This document shows, piece by piece, positions 42,454 through 56,931 of a DNA stretch of 64,000 nt. The first letter of the stretch is position 1. The number at the start of each line of letters is the position of its first letter. This stretch comes from Eledone cirrhosa (lineage: Eukaryota), in contig OZ024742.1 in the NCBI GenBank assembly GCA_964016885.1, forward strand, positions 281,852,001 to 281,916,000, in the 5' to 3' direction. Under the pieces are notes generated by a model. It searched no databases. It was not told the origin of the DNA and worked only from the letters and a program-made list of their open reading frames with translations. The position numbers were made by a program, and so were the translations under genes.

Positions 42454-44619
42454 ATTCAGTAGTCAAGCAAATCAAGACCACAAACTCACATAGAAGGCAT
42501 TAGTCAAAGAGTATCAACATTAAGTGCAGTTTAATATAAAAAAGAGAGGATAAGAATGTCAGTTTACAATTGTTTCACTACTCCATATAATATCAATCGA
42601 TGGTAAGAGACCATTATTGAGTTCAAGGGCTTATTCTGGACAAGAAAGGACAGAACGGATAACATTGATATCACAATGGGCTCCAGCGATTCCGCGCAAG
42701 TCACAGACTTAGTTGGAATCTACCTCTTACACATCATTAGAGCTGAGCTCCCTCTTTTGCAAGGTGGATTATATAGGAACGACGCCCTATTTGCAGTCCA
42801 CAATTGCACGGATCGTGGCATTGAATTGCTCAAAAAACAACTACATAGATTATTTAAAGATAACGGTCTATCTATTACCATCGAACCTAATCATAAGGTA
42901 GTGAATTTCCTGGATGTCACCCTTGATCTTACGAATAATTTATATTACCCTTATCATAAACCAGGTGAGATACTTACTTATATTATCCCGCACTCTAACC
43001 ACCCACCGGCAGTCATCAGAGCAGTCATTAATTCTATCTCACAGGATTTCCATGCTATCCGCCAATGAGGAGATATTTAATGCCCATGCAGCATATTATA
43101 ATAAGGCCCTTTCTAAATCTCGTTATGCACAGTCTATCTACTACATACCTAAAGACCATAACACAGAACTTCACCACAACCCCAATGACTTTAACACTAG
43201 AACTAGAAACACATTAGCATTTAGCCAGATTTGCCAGAATTTTAGCTCTACCAATACTATACAGGTAATCGTAATAGTGGCAGAGGCCTACTCCCTAATC
43301 CTAGTAACAGATTCAGAATCAACCCTAGAATACGAAATGTTAATAGGCTGACAATTAGCAAGCACCTTGGCAATAATAACCCTATTAATGCCTCTGTTAG
43401 ACCCCATAGAAGTAACAGGCCTAGAAAAATCACCTGGCTTAACGCCCCTCTCTCATCTAATTTAGCTACTAACATCCCTAAACGCTTCTTCTCCATCCTA
43501 TCTAAACACTCCATCCCGCCCAACCATAGATATTACAAACTTTTTAATAAAAATAATATTAAAATCTCCTTCTCCACTACACCGAAGCTAGCTAGCCACA
43601 TCGCATTCAGCAACCATCATAAACTAAAAAAATGTAACCCTCCACACCCAATTCCCCCCCCCCCCCCGCCCCATACGTACACCATGCAACAAACCAATAC
43701 TCATCCTAGTAGCGGAACTGCCCCCTCCAATCCCACAAGTACACACCAGCCGCATAGTTTAAACAACCCTACTCCTACTAATTGTAATTGCAACTGCCGT
43801 AAACCCAATGTTTGGCCGCCTAATAGGCAGTGCATCACGCCCAATATCGTATATAGGTGCACGGTTATAACGGCCTCATCTACTAGCTCTTATACTGGCT
43901 CTACATCTAACCCCTTTAAGGTCCGCTTTAATGCGCACTCATTTTCCTTCCGCGACCCTAGCCATAGATACTCAACCTCTCTAGCCAGGCTCATTAAAAA
44001 CCTTAAACTAGCCAACATTGAACATTCACTAACTTGGGATATCTTAGCTAGATCTCCAGCGTTTAATGGGAGAAGAAACTGTTACGATCTCTGTCTTACC
44101 GAGGCCTATCACATAACTTTGTCAAGGCCACTCCCAATCAATGACAGGAATGAGTTGGTCATCAACTGCCATTATTTCTACTTTATATATATATATATAA
44201 TTTCATTATCTCATCTCAAGTTCCGAGGATCTGCTCCATAATATCATTTTATGTTACTTATCTTTCTCTGCACCAAATCAATAACGATCTTACCATCGAT
44301 TGATCCAGAAATATTATATGGAGTAGTGAAACAATTGTAAACTGACATTCTTATCCTCTCTTTTTTTATATTAAACTGCACTTAATGTTGATACTCTTTG
44401 ACTAATGCCTTCTATGTGAGTTTGTGGTCTTGATTTTCTTAAGTACTGAATATTTCCAGCTCTGTACACCTAACCTCCGCACGAATCCAGCTTTCCAACT
44501 GCTTTCCACTACATATTGCACATCGAGCACCCGCTTTTAAGCTTTTGGCTTCTAATACCTTCACCAATCTCTCCTATCCTATCTCTATCTCTCCATTTAA
44601 GATTGGTTTACTCTTGAAC

Positions 44620-44623
<4 letters not shown>
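42454..44623 (+). mobile_element. 5'-truncated PLE (CNC-motif, possibly Hydra-clade type) with inverted pLTR
   Basis: 42454-42608 is inverted versus 44287-44452; DITMGSSDSAQVTDLVG, GLYRNDAL, VNFLDVTLDL, SNHPP, CNCRKP...IVY...YTGST. Confidence 0.85.
44219..44343 (+). ncRNA. Hammerhead with 98-nt domain II and U4C core
   Basis: agtt CCGAGGA t ctgctccata...tatggagtag t GAAA caattg TA aact. Confidence 0.7.
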
Positions 44624-44657
<34 letters not shown>

Positions 44658-45189
44658 ACTTTAGTGTTTCACCAGTGAATAGAACTCGTCATTCTGTATA
44701 GTTAACTATGATATACTAGTAAGAAAAGCATTCAACGTTACGCAAATCATCCATCTTTGATGTTCAATCCAGTGGGTGATGCGGGAATGGAGTTAATTAT
44801 TAGTTTTAATTGAAATAACAGGAGGCCGGACTGATGATGTTCCCTTAAAGTTTTATTGTTGGCATTATATATATTTCAATGGCCACGTTACGCAAGATCC
44901 TGGCGACATCCTGGCGAAATTAATTAATCAATAAAGGAATACCGGCAAACACAAACAGAAAATATAAACAGAGAAAATATTTAATTCGGAAATGTCCTAC
45001 AAAGCAGGTGTTATTGTTGTCGCAGACTATCTCCGAAAAGAATATATATATACAAATGCGCACACATTCCTATACAAATTTTAGAAAATAGCAAAGAATA
45101 CATTTGACAGCATACAAAACAATAACAACATATTTTTTCAGATTTACATTTTGCTTGCGCTTGGTAATTCTTTATATATATCAACACCG

Positions 45190-45709
<520 letters not shown>

Positions 45710-45808
45710 TTTAGGTTGTAAATATTAAGGCAGTAAAATCGGGAGAGGAATGGCAGTTGGAGAGAGGAAGAAAAACAAAAATCTGAGATAATGTTACCTT
45801 TAAAATAT

Positions 45809-45920
<112 letters not shown>

Positions 45921-46444
45921 TGTGTCTGTGAGTGCGCGCGTGTATCAATGGTGAATCGACGTAGGCGTTAGAACGTCAGCTAGACAGCATCTATTACAAA
46001 TACCAAGCTACAGCCATGAAATCTTCACACGGTTCATATTGTCCATGGAATCATTCCTAACAGTCTTAGATTATGTCTCACCAAATAGATGAGTCTACAA
46101 CATTTCATAAGATTGTCAGATTATTGTCTAAAGACGTAGACAGGTTGCAGCATTAACACATAAGTACAAAGATACAGTTCGATACAAATATTAATGTCGG
46201 CTGCTTCAATCAGAGATGTCTTATATATATATATATATATATAAAAATGCAATATTTATATATATGTATATGTATATGTACAAGTATGACCCCGACGGCA
46301 GAGCTCAATTCTGGACTGAATTAGCCGTCCAGAATTGCTCTGCCGTCGGGGTCATAATTGTTCCTATTACCCACTCTACTACCCTAAGTATTGAGTACTT
46401 TGGTGCATTATGAGTCCATCCGGTTCCTTACCACATTTCCTTCG

Positions 46445-46519
<75 letters not shown>

Positions 46520-46696
46520 TAAAAACCAATGAATAAAAACAAAGAAATAGTTCCTTATATTAAAAAAATTCATCATTTTACGATCTAGGATATATATGTG
46601 TGTGTTGGTATGTATATCATATAGATCTATGTAAAAATGTTACAAATTATCAGAGGAAATATACATACCTACACATATATATGCTGTCTTCAGAAA

Positions 46697-46888
46697 TAAT
46701 TGTTTCTACTTTTGGCACAAGGCCAGCAATTACCCAGTACATTACTGGTACTTTATTTTATCGACCCCGTAAGGATGAAAGCAAAAGTTAACCTCGACGG
46801 GATTTGAACTCAGAATATCAAGGGCCGTAACTCTGTGCGTCAAAGCATGGCGTTCGACTCTCAACCAATACTGCCAATCCACCTGCCA
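46697..46888 (-). mobile_element. SINE with 10-bp TSD cagaaataat
   Basis: TSD at 46691-46700 and 46891-46900. Confidence 0.85.
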
Positions 46889-47559
46889 AACAGAAATAAT
46901 GATATTTGTTTATTGAAGAAAAACAACAAAGATTTAATATAATAGATCTGTTTGGGAACAGGTTTTGAATTGACCAATAGAAAAGTAGTAAGTGGTCAAG
47001 TTGATAGAATAGTAGTAGTAGAAATTTAATTTAGGGGTAGAGGAATGCAGACTTAAGTTTTGAATGGAAAGAATACTTTGAATAAAAAGATTACTTTGGG
47101 GATGAAAAGAGGTCAAGCCAGTGAAAGGTACACGAAAATTTGGTGTTATTAAAGCATAATGCTAATGTGAAAATCGAAGGAGAATAAAATGTTAGGGTAA
47201 AGTGTTAGTGAGAAATACCAATCGTATTTAAAACACAAGGAATTTAGATCTATAACAAGAAATTAAATTAATTTAATTGATAGGTATACTTATAGGGATA
47301 AATTTATAGTAATTCATATAGATGTGATAAATAAGAGTTAGATGTTATTAAAGAATATTGTTAAAAACGAGGAAAAACTTTTTGGGGATTTAGTGAGAAA
47401 TAACAAACTTATATAGACTACAAGGAATTTAGATTCATAACAGGAAATTAAAATAGTTTATATGTATACTTATAGGTATTCATTTTAGGAAAAGAGAGCT
47501 GTAAAAGGGAAATAAAATTATGAAGTTCTCAGTAGTAAAATACTAATTATAGGTTAGAA

Positions 47560-49650
47560 ATATAAATCTAATTTTCAAAAGGATCTTGATTCTACCCTAT
47601 TGGATCTTAAAATAACTAACAAAGTCCATGTCCACTCTGACAAATCTGGAAATCTATACCACATGGATATTGATAATTACAATGAGTTCATTTATAAAGA
47701 ACTCAGGAAAAATTAAAAAAAAAACAAATAATGCGGCACTTACCAATATCAACAACAAAACACACAACATAGTAAATAAACTCAATATTGGAGATAGAAC
47801 TGAACGTTTTGCACATCCCAGGTAATTAACTGGTTTACCAATATTAGAAATTAATCATCTGCTTCATTTCTACAATTCGATATAGATGCTTATTATCCCT
47901 CTATATCACCCATACTCCTGAACAAAGCCTTGATATTAGCCAAAAATAGATCAAACTTAACTATGGATGACATTAATATTATCACGCACGCTAGACAAAT
48001 ACTACTGGAATTTCAGAAGGAATACTGGACCAGTAATACATATAGTAATATATTCGACATTACTATGGGCTCTAGTGATTCTGCCCAAATTACCGATCTT
48101 GTGGGCCTCTTTCTTCTATTTAACATAAATGCTTCTTTACCCCCACCTTAATGGTGGTTTATATCGTGATGACTGTCTTCTTCCTTAGCCTATCAGAAAT
48201 TGAAAAAAATAAAAAACTTATTAGAACTTTCCTCAAAGACTATTATAGTCTCACTATTACATTTGAAAACACCAGTAAAGTAGTTAATTTCCTTGATATA
48301 ACTTTAGACTTATCTACGGGTATCTACCAACCTTCCCATAAACGTAACCAAAACTTACATTACATACACTCACAATCCAATCACCCTAGATCTATCCTTA
48401 AAAACATAGCATATAATATCTCACTCAGAATGTCTAACCTTTCATCTAACCAGGATATATGCGATAAAAATGCAACCTTTTATAACGAAGCTTTAGCTAG
48501 AAGCGGCCACAAAAACAAATTAGTCTATATACCTTGTACCAGTAATACTTCAAACATACAACCCAATATTACCAACAAACACCAAATGAAAAACACACAC
48601 CTAAATGCCACTCACACTATACCCCAAAATACCAACTTAAAACTTAATTTCTCTACCTCTTCTCACATACAATATAATAACTTTCAAAAAACCATTCATC
48701 CTAATACTCCAATATACGTTAATAACATTACTAACAAAATTCTTATAATCAGACTAAAACACCTAAATCAGTGAATCTAACTAAACCTATATATAATAAA
48801 TTCACTAATACTAACTCTCTTAGTAAACATCCTGATACATCGTATAAATATAAAAAAACAACATCGAAACCGTAATAGACGAGTTACTTGGTATAATGCT
48901 CCATTTAATCTACAAATTAAAGATAATATCCCTAAAAAAATGTTTACTATCCTAGAGAAAAACTTCCCGCCAAACCATAAATACCATCAAATTTTAAATA
49001 GATCAACGGTCAAATTTTCCTACTCCACTACCAAAAATATACAACAAAATATAAGTGCCTACAATGCATATAAATGTAAAAAATACATGAATATACCACC
49101 AACACATCAAACTAACCATAATACTAAAATAAACCGCAACAAACCACCATCTCCTTCACATATAACAAGTCGAGTAAATTCCACATCAAATTTGACTAAC
49201 TCCCCTGATATAATATTCACGAATGGTTGTAACTGTAGAAACAAAGGAAATTGCCCATTAAAAGGAAGTTGTCTTATTAATAACATAGAATATAAATGTA
49301 AAATTAGCACTAAGGACTCCACTTATTCATATATAGGAGCTTCTTCTAACCAATTTAAAGTAAGATTTAATACCCACGAACATAGTTTTAAAAATGCTGC
49401 ATTAGCTAATACAACATCCTTGGCTGAAATAATTAATAATTATAGAAAAAAGAATATCGATTATAACCTGATCTGGAGTGTGATTAAAAGGGTCACCCCT
49501 TATCAAAATAACAGATATGAGTGTAGATTATGTTCCCAAGAACTTTTTTAAATACTGAAATCTAAGGATATCCTATTAAATAAGCGACAAGAATTAATTA
49601 TATCGTGCAATCATATAATTAGAAGAACTTTCAAATATTATAAACCTAAT
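47560..49650 (+). pseudogene. PLE RT plus GIY-YIG, fragmented
   Basis: FDIDAYYPSI, FDITMGSSDSAQITDLVG, GLYRDD, VNFLDITLDL, SNHP, CNCRNKGNCPLKGSCL...YIGASSNQFKVRFNTH. Confidence 0.88.
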
Positions 49651-49808
49651 TAATATACACCTTACACTTATATTTTACAAATTATTATAATTAGTTCTTT
49701 TAATTTAGTTAAGCTATAATTAGTATTTTACTACTGAGAACTTCATAATTTTATTTGCTTTTTACAGCTCTCTTTTCCTAAAATTAATACCTATAAGTAT
49801 ACATATAA

Positions 49809-51773
49809 TAAATAACAAAGAACGCCTATAGCATATGCATATCTTTACTTGCTAACATTGTTTCATCCGCACTATAAGTGGGACTCATCAGAGCATAAAG
49901 GTTAATTACATACCATACAAGCAATAACAAATCCAAGACATTGAAGAATGAAAAATAATAATAGACGATAAAGGATATTAAGGAAGTAAAAGTGAAAATA
50001 AAGATAAGAATAAAAATAAAAATAAAAATAAAAATAAAAATAAAAATAAGGGGTGCTATCAGTCACAGTTGGGCGGGGTGCTGTCAACATATAGTTACAT
50101 ACAAGCATACACATGGATAAGAGAACAGACAAGAGTAGATAAGATAGATAGGATTAGGTAAGAGTAGGTAAAAAATAGGTGAAAAACAGACTTATAATAT
50201 ATATAAGAAAATATAAAGAAATACATAACAAACTTACATATAAAATATAAAATATACAGATAATAGTGATACAGGGTAAGGAATGAGATAAAATAATATA
50301 AAATTAAAATTAAAATTATATAAAATAGAACATAATATAATATAATCATAAAATAAGATAAAATAAAATAAGGTAAACTAAAATCAAATAACATAGACTA
50401 AATTAAAATAAAAATAATATAATATAAGATATAATTAAATGTATAATTAAATGTAATTAAATGTAATTAAATAAATTGTGTACTGTGATTTAGGCTGCAC
50501 TAATAGAAATTTAGCCTGTAACCGTGGGCGGACCTGTGCCATCCCGCCGTAAGCAGTGGATGCGTGGCGCATGTACGTGTTGCCCTCATATTCTGTGGTT
50601 TAAGATCTACAGGCTGACCTCTGGGAGCTCTTGCCCGGGGTTGTAGTCTTTCTAGCACGATCGGCCTTCCTTATATTGACGGTCGTTGTTATGATCCCGA
50701 AAGTAACGTTTTGGCCCCGATAGCCCTCCGTAGTTACTAACGGTCTGTGTACACTTGAATCGGGCAATGGCACGTGCGGACATGAATATCTCCGTAGGAT
50801 TTCAACTTTATTTTACTACATCTCATCGTATGTATTTATTTTGAATGTATTACCTGTGGTGGTGGGTCTGGCCTAACGTGGTATTTCGGTGTTTAATATC
50901 AGCTTTGACCCGGGTGTCCTACGCTGTGTGTGTGTGCGTGTGTGTCCGTGTATACATTTATATGTGTATGGGTGTAGGTGGTTGTATGTGTCTGTATATA
51001 AAAAAAATATATATATATATATGTATACCGTCTCTGCATATGCATGTGGTGTGTATATGTGCATATACGTGCTGAACATATTGATGTGTACAATCTTGTG
51101 ATGTCCCAATGCGGTGACTTACTGGCTCTTGAAGCTATTTTTTATATATCTTCTGTCTTTTTATATATCTTTTGTATGCGCTCCAACTGTGTCTGCTTGC
51201 TTTGGCTAACCCGCCTGCACCTCGCTTGCTAATGCACGTGAATTCTTCTACCTCCCTTCGATGCACCTCTCTCTGACCATTGGACTCCTGCCCGGGTGTG
51301 AACCGGTTTGTGATTACCCCACCGCTCAACTGTGTGAATGCACACCTGCGACTTTCGAGTGAACTTTTGAGACTGCCCAACCTGGGACGCTTCCATTGCC
51401 TTGCAATGGTCAAGTGATACTGATGACTGTGACACTTAGTGCCTTCGTGGGCCCCTGATGTTTTCAAGAAATATATTTTAAAAAAATGGTCAAGTGATAC
51501 ACATAACTGTGACACTTAGTGCCTTCGTGGGCCCTTGATATATTCAAGAGATATATTTTTAAAAAATATATATCTTATCTCAATTTACTTTATTTCATTT
51601 TATTTTATTTTATTTCATTTCATGTTATCTAATTTTATTTATTTACTTATTTAATTCCATTTATTTATTTATTTATTTATTTACTTATTTACTTATTTAT
51701 TTATTTATTTATTTAAATTTAATTTTAATTTTAATTTTAATTTTAATTTTAATTTTATTTATTTATTTAATTT

Positions 51774-51805
<32 letters not shown>

Positions 51806-52642
51806 TTACATTTAATTACATTTAATTATACATTTAATTATATCTTATATTATATTATTTTTATTTTAATTTAGTCTATGTTATTTGATTTTAGTTTACC
51901 TTATTTTATTTTATCTTATTTTATGATTATATTATATTATGTTCTATTTTATATAATTTTAATTTTAATTTTATATTATTTTATCTCATTCCTTACCCTG
52001 TATCACTATTATCTGTATATTTTATATTTTATATGTAAGTTTGTTATGTATTTCTTTATATTTTCTTATATATATTATAAGTCTGTTTTTCACCTATTTT
52101 TTACCTACTCTTACCCAATCCTATCTATCTTATCTACTCTTGTCTGTTCTCTTATCCATGTGTATGCTTGTATGTAACTATATGTTGACAGCACCCCGCC
52201 CAACTGTGACTGATAGCACCCCTTATTTTTATTTTTATTTTTATTTTAATTTTAATTTTTATTTTTATTTTTATTTTTATTTTTATTTTTATTTTTATTT
52301 TTATTTTTATTTTTATTTTTATTTTTATTTTTATTTTTATTTTTATTCTTATCTTTATTTTCACTTTTACTTCCTTAATATCCTTTATCGTCTATTATTA
52401 TTTTTCATTCTTCAATGTCTTGGATTTGTTATTGCTTGTATGGTATGTAATTAACCTTTATGCTCTGATGAGTCCCACTTATAGTGCGGATGAAACAATG
52501 TTAGCAAGTAAAGATATGCATATGCTATAGGCGTTCTTTGTTATTTATTATATCACGGCTCTGTCCTCAGACATTGAGCTAACCTTATGCTGCCTGCTGG
52601 ATAAGTGGAGTGTTATACACCCCTGATCCTCTCCCTAGTATA
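49809..52642. mobile_element. Nested 2.8-kb foldback element with about 700-bp arms and 18-bp TSD
   Basis: 49805-50474 is inverted versus 51800-52552; ctataagtatacatataa at 49791-49808 and 52643-52660; HHRs at 49850-49895 (-) and 52461-52506 (+). Confidence 0.85.
52461..52506 (+). ncRNA. Type I hammerhead ribozyme
   Basis: tgct CTGATGA gtcc cac ttata gtg c ggat GAAA caatg TT agca; stem I extends cttta/taaag. Confidence 0.85.
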
Positions 52643-53230
52643 CTATAAGTATACATATAAACTATTTTAATTTACTGTTATGAATCTAAATTAGTGTAGT
52701 CTATATAATTTTGTTATTTCTACCTAATACATTTATCCTAAAAAAAGTTTCCCCTCGTTTTTAACAACATTCTTTAATAACATCTAACTCTTATTTATCA
52801 CATCTATATGAATTACTATAAATTTATCCCTATAAGTATACCTATCAATTAAATTAATTTAATTTCTTGTTATAGATCTAAATTCCTTGTGTTTTAAATA
52901 AGATTGGTATTTCCCACTAACACATTTACCCTAAAATGTTATTCTCCTGCGATTTTATCATTAGCATTATTCTTTAATAACATCAAATTTTAGTGTACCT
53001 TTCACCGGCTTGACCTCTTTTCATCCCCAAAGTAATCTTTTCATTCAAAGTATTCTTTCCATTCAAAACTGCATTCCTCTACTCCTAAATTAAATTTCTA
53101 CTACTACTATTCTATCAACTTGACCACTTACTACTTTTCTATTGGTCAATTCAAAACCTGTTCCCAAACTGACCTATTATATTAAATCTTTGTTGTTGTT
53201 TTTTTTCAATAAACAAATATCATTATTTCT

Positions 53231-53468
53231 GTGGATTGGCAGTATCAGTAGAGTGTCTGACGCCATGCTTTCCAGCATAGTTACGTCCCTTTACGATCTG
53301 AGTTCAAATCCCGCCGAGGTTGACTTTGCCTTTCATCCTTACGGGCTCGATAAAATAAACTACCAGTAATACACTGAGTATTTGCTGGCCTTGTGCCTTG
53401 TGGATTGGCAGTATCGGTAGAGAGTCGGACGTATTTGCTGGCCTTGTGAAAACAATAGAAACAATTAT
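53231..53468 (+). mobile_element. SINE plus deleted second unit, TSD attatttctg
   Basis: TSD at 53222-53231 and 53464-53473. Confidence 0.8.
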
Positions 53469-53597
53469 TTCTGAAGACAGCATATATATGTGTAGGTATG
53501 TATATTTTCTCTGATAGTTTGTAAAATTTTTACATAGATCTATATGATATACATACCAACACACACATATATATCCTAGAAACGATCGTAAAATGAT
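53464..53597 (+). ncRNA. Hammerhead with 101-nt domain II
   Basis: attattt CTGAAGA c ag c atatatatgtgt aggtatgtatat...atatacatacc aacac acacatatatat c ct a GAAA cgatcg TA aaatgat. Confidence 0.8.
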
Positions 53598-54228
53598 AAA
53601 TTTTTTAATATAAGGAACTATATCTTTGTTTTTATTCATTGTTTTTATTAATTTATATATATATATATCAAGTAATTCCGTCGGAAAGGTCCAGGAAAAA
53701 AGAGTGTTCTACTGGTAAATGAAATAATTGCCTTATGTTGTTTATTACATAACTATATATATATATATATAACGAAGGAAATATGGTAAGGAACCAGATG
53801 GACCATAACTCACCAAAGTACACAATACTTAGAGTAGTAGAGTGGGTAATAGGAACAAGTATGACCCCGACGGCAGAGCTCAAGCCGTTTCGACTGCTAA
53901 TTCAGTCCAGAATTGAGCTCTGCCGTCGGGGGTCATACTTGTTCCTATATATATATATATGTGTGAATGGGTATATATGTGAATGTGTATATATATGTTA
54001 ATGTGTATATATATATATATGTATGTATGTGTGTATTATGAATGCATGTATGCATGTTTACATATATGTATGTACGTATCCATGTATTTAACACATATGT
54101 ATATGCCTTGTATAAAATATTTATTTGCATACATATAACAGCACACGATTAAATATGTACACACAAACACACACACATACATATATATATATAAAGACAT
54201 ACATATGTAGAGACATATATATATATGT

Positions 54229-54322
<94 letters not shown>

Positions 54323-54332
54323 ATATGTATAT

Positions 54333-54404
<72 letters not shown>

Positions 54405-54406
54405 TT

Positions 54407-54469
<63 letters not shown>

Positions 54470-54593
54470 AAAGTTCTATTTAAATTGTTGGGATACAACA
54501 AGCAAATATTTTTATAACTGATATAAAGCACTCAACAAGTATTTGGAGTAAACATGCGATATTAACAAATGGAAAGTATATTTATAAAACCAT

Positions 54594-54661
54594 ATTTATG
54601 TTATTATACATATTTCAAGGACACCACGTTAAATTATGGTATGCTTTCATCAGACAAAATA
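54594..54661 (-). ncRNA. Type I hammerhead inside a small foldback (54555-54733)
   Basis: tattttgt CTGATGA aagcatacca taatttaacg tggtgtcctt GAAA tatgtataa TA acataaata. Confidence 0.65.
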
Positions 54662-54750
54662 CAATCAGTTTTATAAATAAATATTGACATACCCTTAATA
54701 TTATAAATATAGTTTCCATTTGTTAATATCGTATAAATATATATATATAT

Positions 54751-54821
<71 letters not shown>

Positions 54822-55085
54822 CATATATATATACAAGCACACACGCACATACATGAACGTATTCCCATGACATAGCCAATCCACACGGCCACTGACAACC
54901 ATTTAATATAAAGTGGTTGTTTCCACGCAAGACAACTGAAGTCAACCAGATATAAGATTGATTCCAATCTGCACGTCACTCTGTATATTAAACCCACTGC
55001 GTTCAGCGCCCCCTCCCGGTGGCATAAATACATTCTGTGTATGTCAATGTGTGTGTTATGTGTGTATGTATAAACATATATATAT

Positions 55086-55137
<52 letters not shown>

Positions 55138-55182
55138 TTGTGTGCTTGTTTTTGGGTCGTGTGTATTGTGACACGTATATAT

Positions 55183-55281
<99 letters not shown>

Positions 55282-55817
55282 GTAGAGTGGGTAATAGGAA
55301 AAGAGTCAGAACTCCGATGGCTGAGCTCCGGCCGTTTCGACAGCTAGATCCGAAACGGCCGGAGCTCAGCCGTTGGGGTCCTGACTCTTTTCATATATAT
55401 ATATATTTATAAATATGTCGTTTGTTGTCGTTGTAAGTGGTTTTACTGTAGCTGTTGTTTTAGTTGTTATTGTCAATAGGGTGATGGTATCAGCACGACT
55501 ATTGCGACCAGTGTGGACAACTTTGGTCGGCGGTTTGATGTTATTGTCATTGTTGTTGTTGTAGTTGTCGTTGTTGTTGTAGCTGTTGTCTATAGGTGGT
55601 CGTCAACTAAATATAAACCCCTCCTCCCTCAGAGCTCCTTGTGTTGCTTCAAGTGTCTACTGGATTTTGGTTACACACAGTTCTTCGATATTTTCGTCTT
55701 TTTTCGTTGATAGCTTTTTCTAATAAACGCGACGGCTGGCGAATCCTTCAAAGAACTCATATGTATGCTGGGCGCACAGGCATTATGATGTGTGTTTTCC
55801 TGCCAGCGACATATCAA

Positions 55818-55930
55818 ATATATCGATTTTCATCTGAGGAAACCGTTCTCATAATGAACAGCAAATGCATGAAGGACATCTCGATTGCATAGAGAACCGT
55901 AGAAATAATTATTCTGATTAATCAATATAT
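55818..55930 (+). ncRNA. Hammerhead with 61-nt domain II
   Basis: atatatcgattttcat CTGAGGA a accgttctc...gagaaccgt a GAAA taatta TT ctgattaatcaatatat; first stem I pair mismatched. Confidence 0.6.
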
Positions 55931-55977
55931 GTAACCTCGGCATCTTATTTTATTATGTTTATAAATATGTATATATA

Positions 55978-56535
55978 AATATTGTTATACTTTGGGAGGG
56001 TCATGTTGCAATAAGAAACACACGCACCAGTTTTTCACTCCAATGTATTATAAATTTAAAAATTCTCTCAAAAAAATTTTTTTTTTTTTTATTTATAAAT
56101 TTCCGGTTGGTTGGTTCTACAACCGGACGGTTGTCAATGTTCTTTCGTCACACATTCTGTGACCTCTTCAGTGACTGGGACTTTTTTCTTTCTTTTCTGC
56201 CTCTCCTTGCGTAGGACAGAACAAAGGAGAGGCACAAAACGAAGAAAGAATCACCAGTCACATGAAGAGGTCACTGTATGTGTGACGAAAGAACTTTGAC
56301 AATATACGAACAACCGTCCGGTTGTGGAACCAACCAACCGGAAATTTATAAACTTAAAAATTTTTTTTTTTTTTTATGTTTTTGAAAGAATTTTTCAATT
56401 TATAATAAATTGGAGTGAAGCAACTGGTGCGTGTGTTTCTTATTGGCAAGATGACCCTCCCAAAGTATAACAATATCGGTTTCAACACACGTATTCAGAG
56501 AAAGAATCTTGCTAAACAAATTCAGAAACGAAATA
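55978..56535. mobile_element. ORF-less palindrome made of two pLTR ends of the 11.8/37.2-kb PLE family
   Basis: Arms 55978-56208 and 56209-56535; both HHRs mutated (56133-56175, 56256-56300). Confidence 0.88.
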
Positions 56536-56546
56536 TATATAAATAA

Positions 56547-56620
<74 letters not shown>

Positions 56621-56767
56621 TATGGTCCTGCAACGTCGGAATGCCATACGGCATTTCTTGGGAAATTTGCCTATTTACTCTCCGGGTCTGAAAACATCAG
56701 ACTTCTTTCAGAGAAGGATAGAGAGAGAGGGAGAGGGGAGGGAGTGAAAATGAGTTATAGAGGAAGA

Positions 56768-56816
<49 letters not shown>

Positions 56817-56881
56817 TGTGTGTGTGCGTGTATGCGTATATATATATATATATGCATGTATGTATGTTTGTGTGTGTGCGC

Positions 56882-56931
<50 letters not shown>

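Larger units (their letters stand above)
46514..53651 (+). mobile_element. 5'-truncated PLE (CNC-motif type) with about 1-kb inverted pLTRs, carrying nested insertions
   Basis: 46514-47552 is inverted versus 49712-49808 plus 52643-53651; ORF remnants 47560-49650. Confidence 0.85.

Noticed and set aside
44826-44937. CTGATGA ... GAAA ttaattaa TC candidate long hammerhead
   Set aside because: Stems I and II do not pair in the required register
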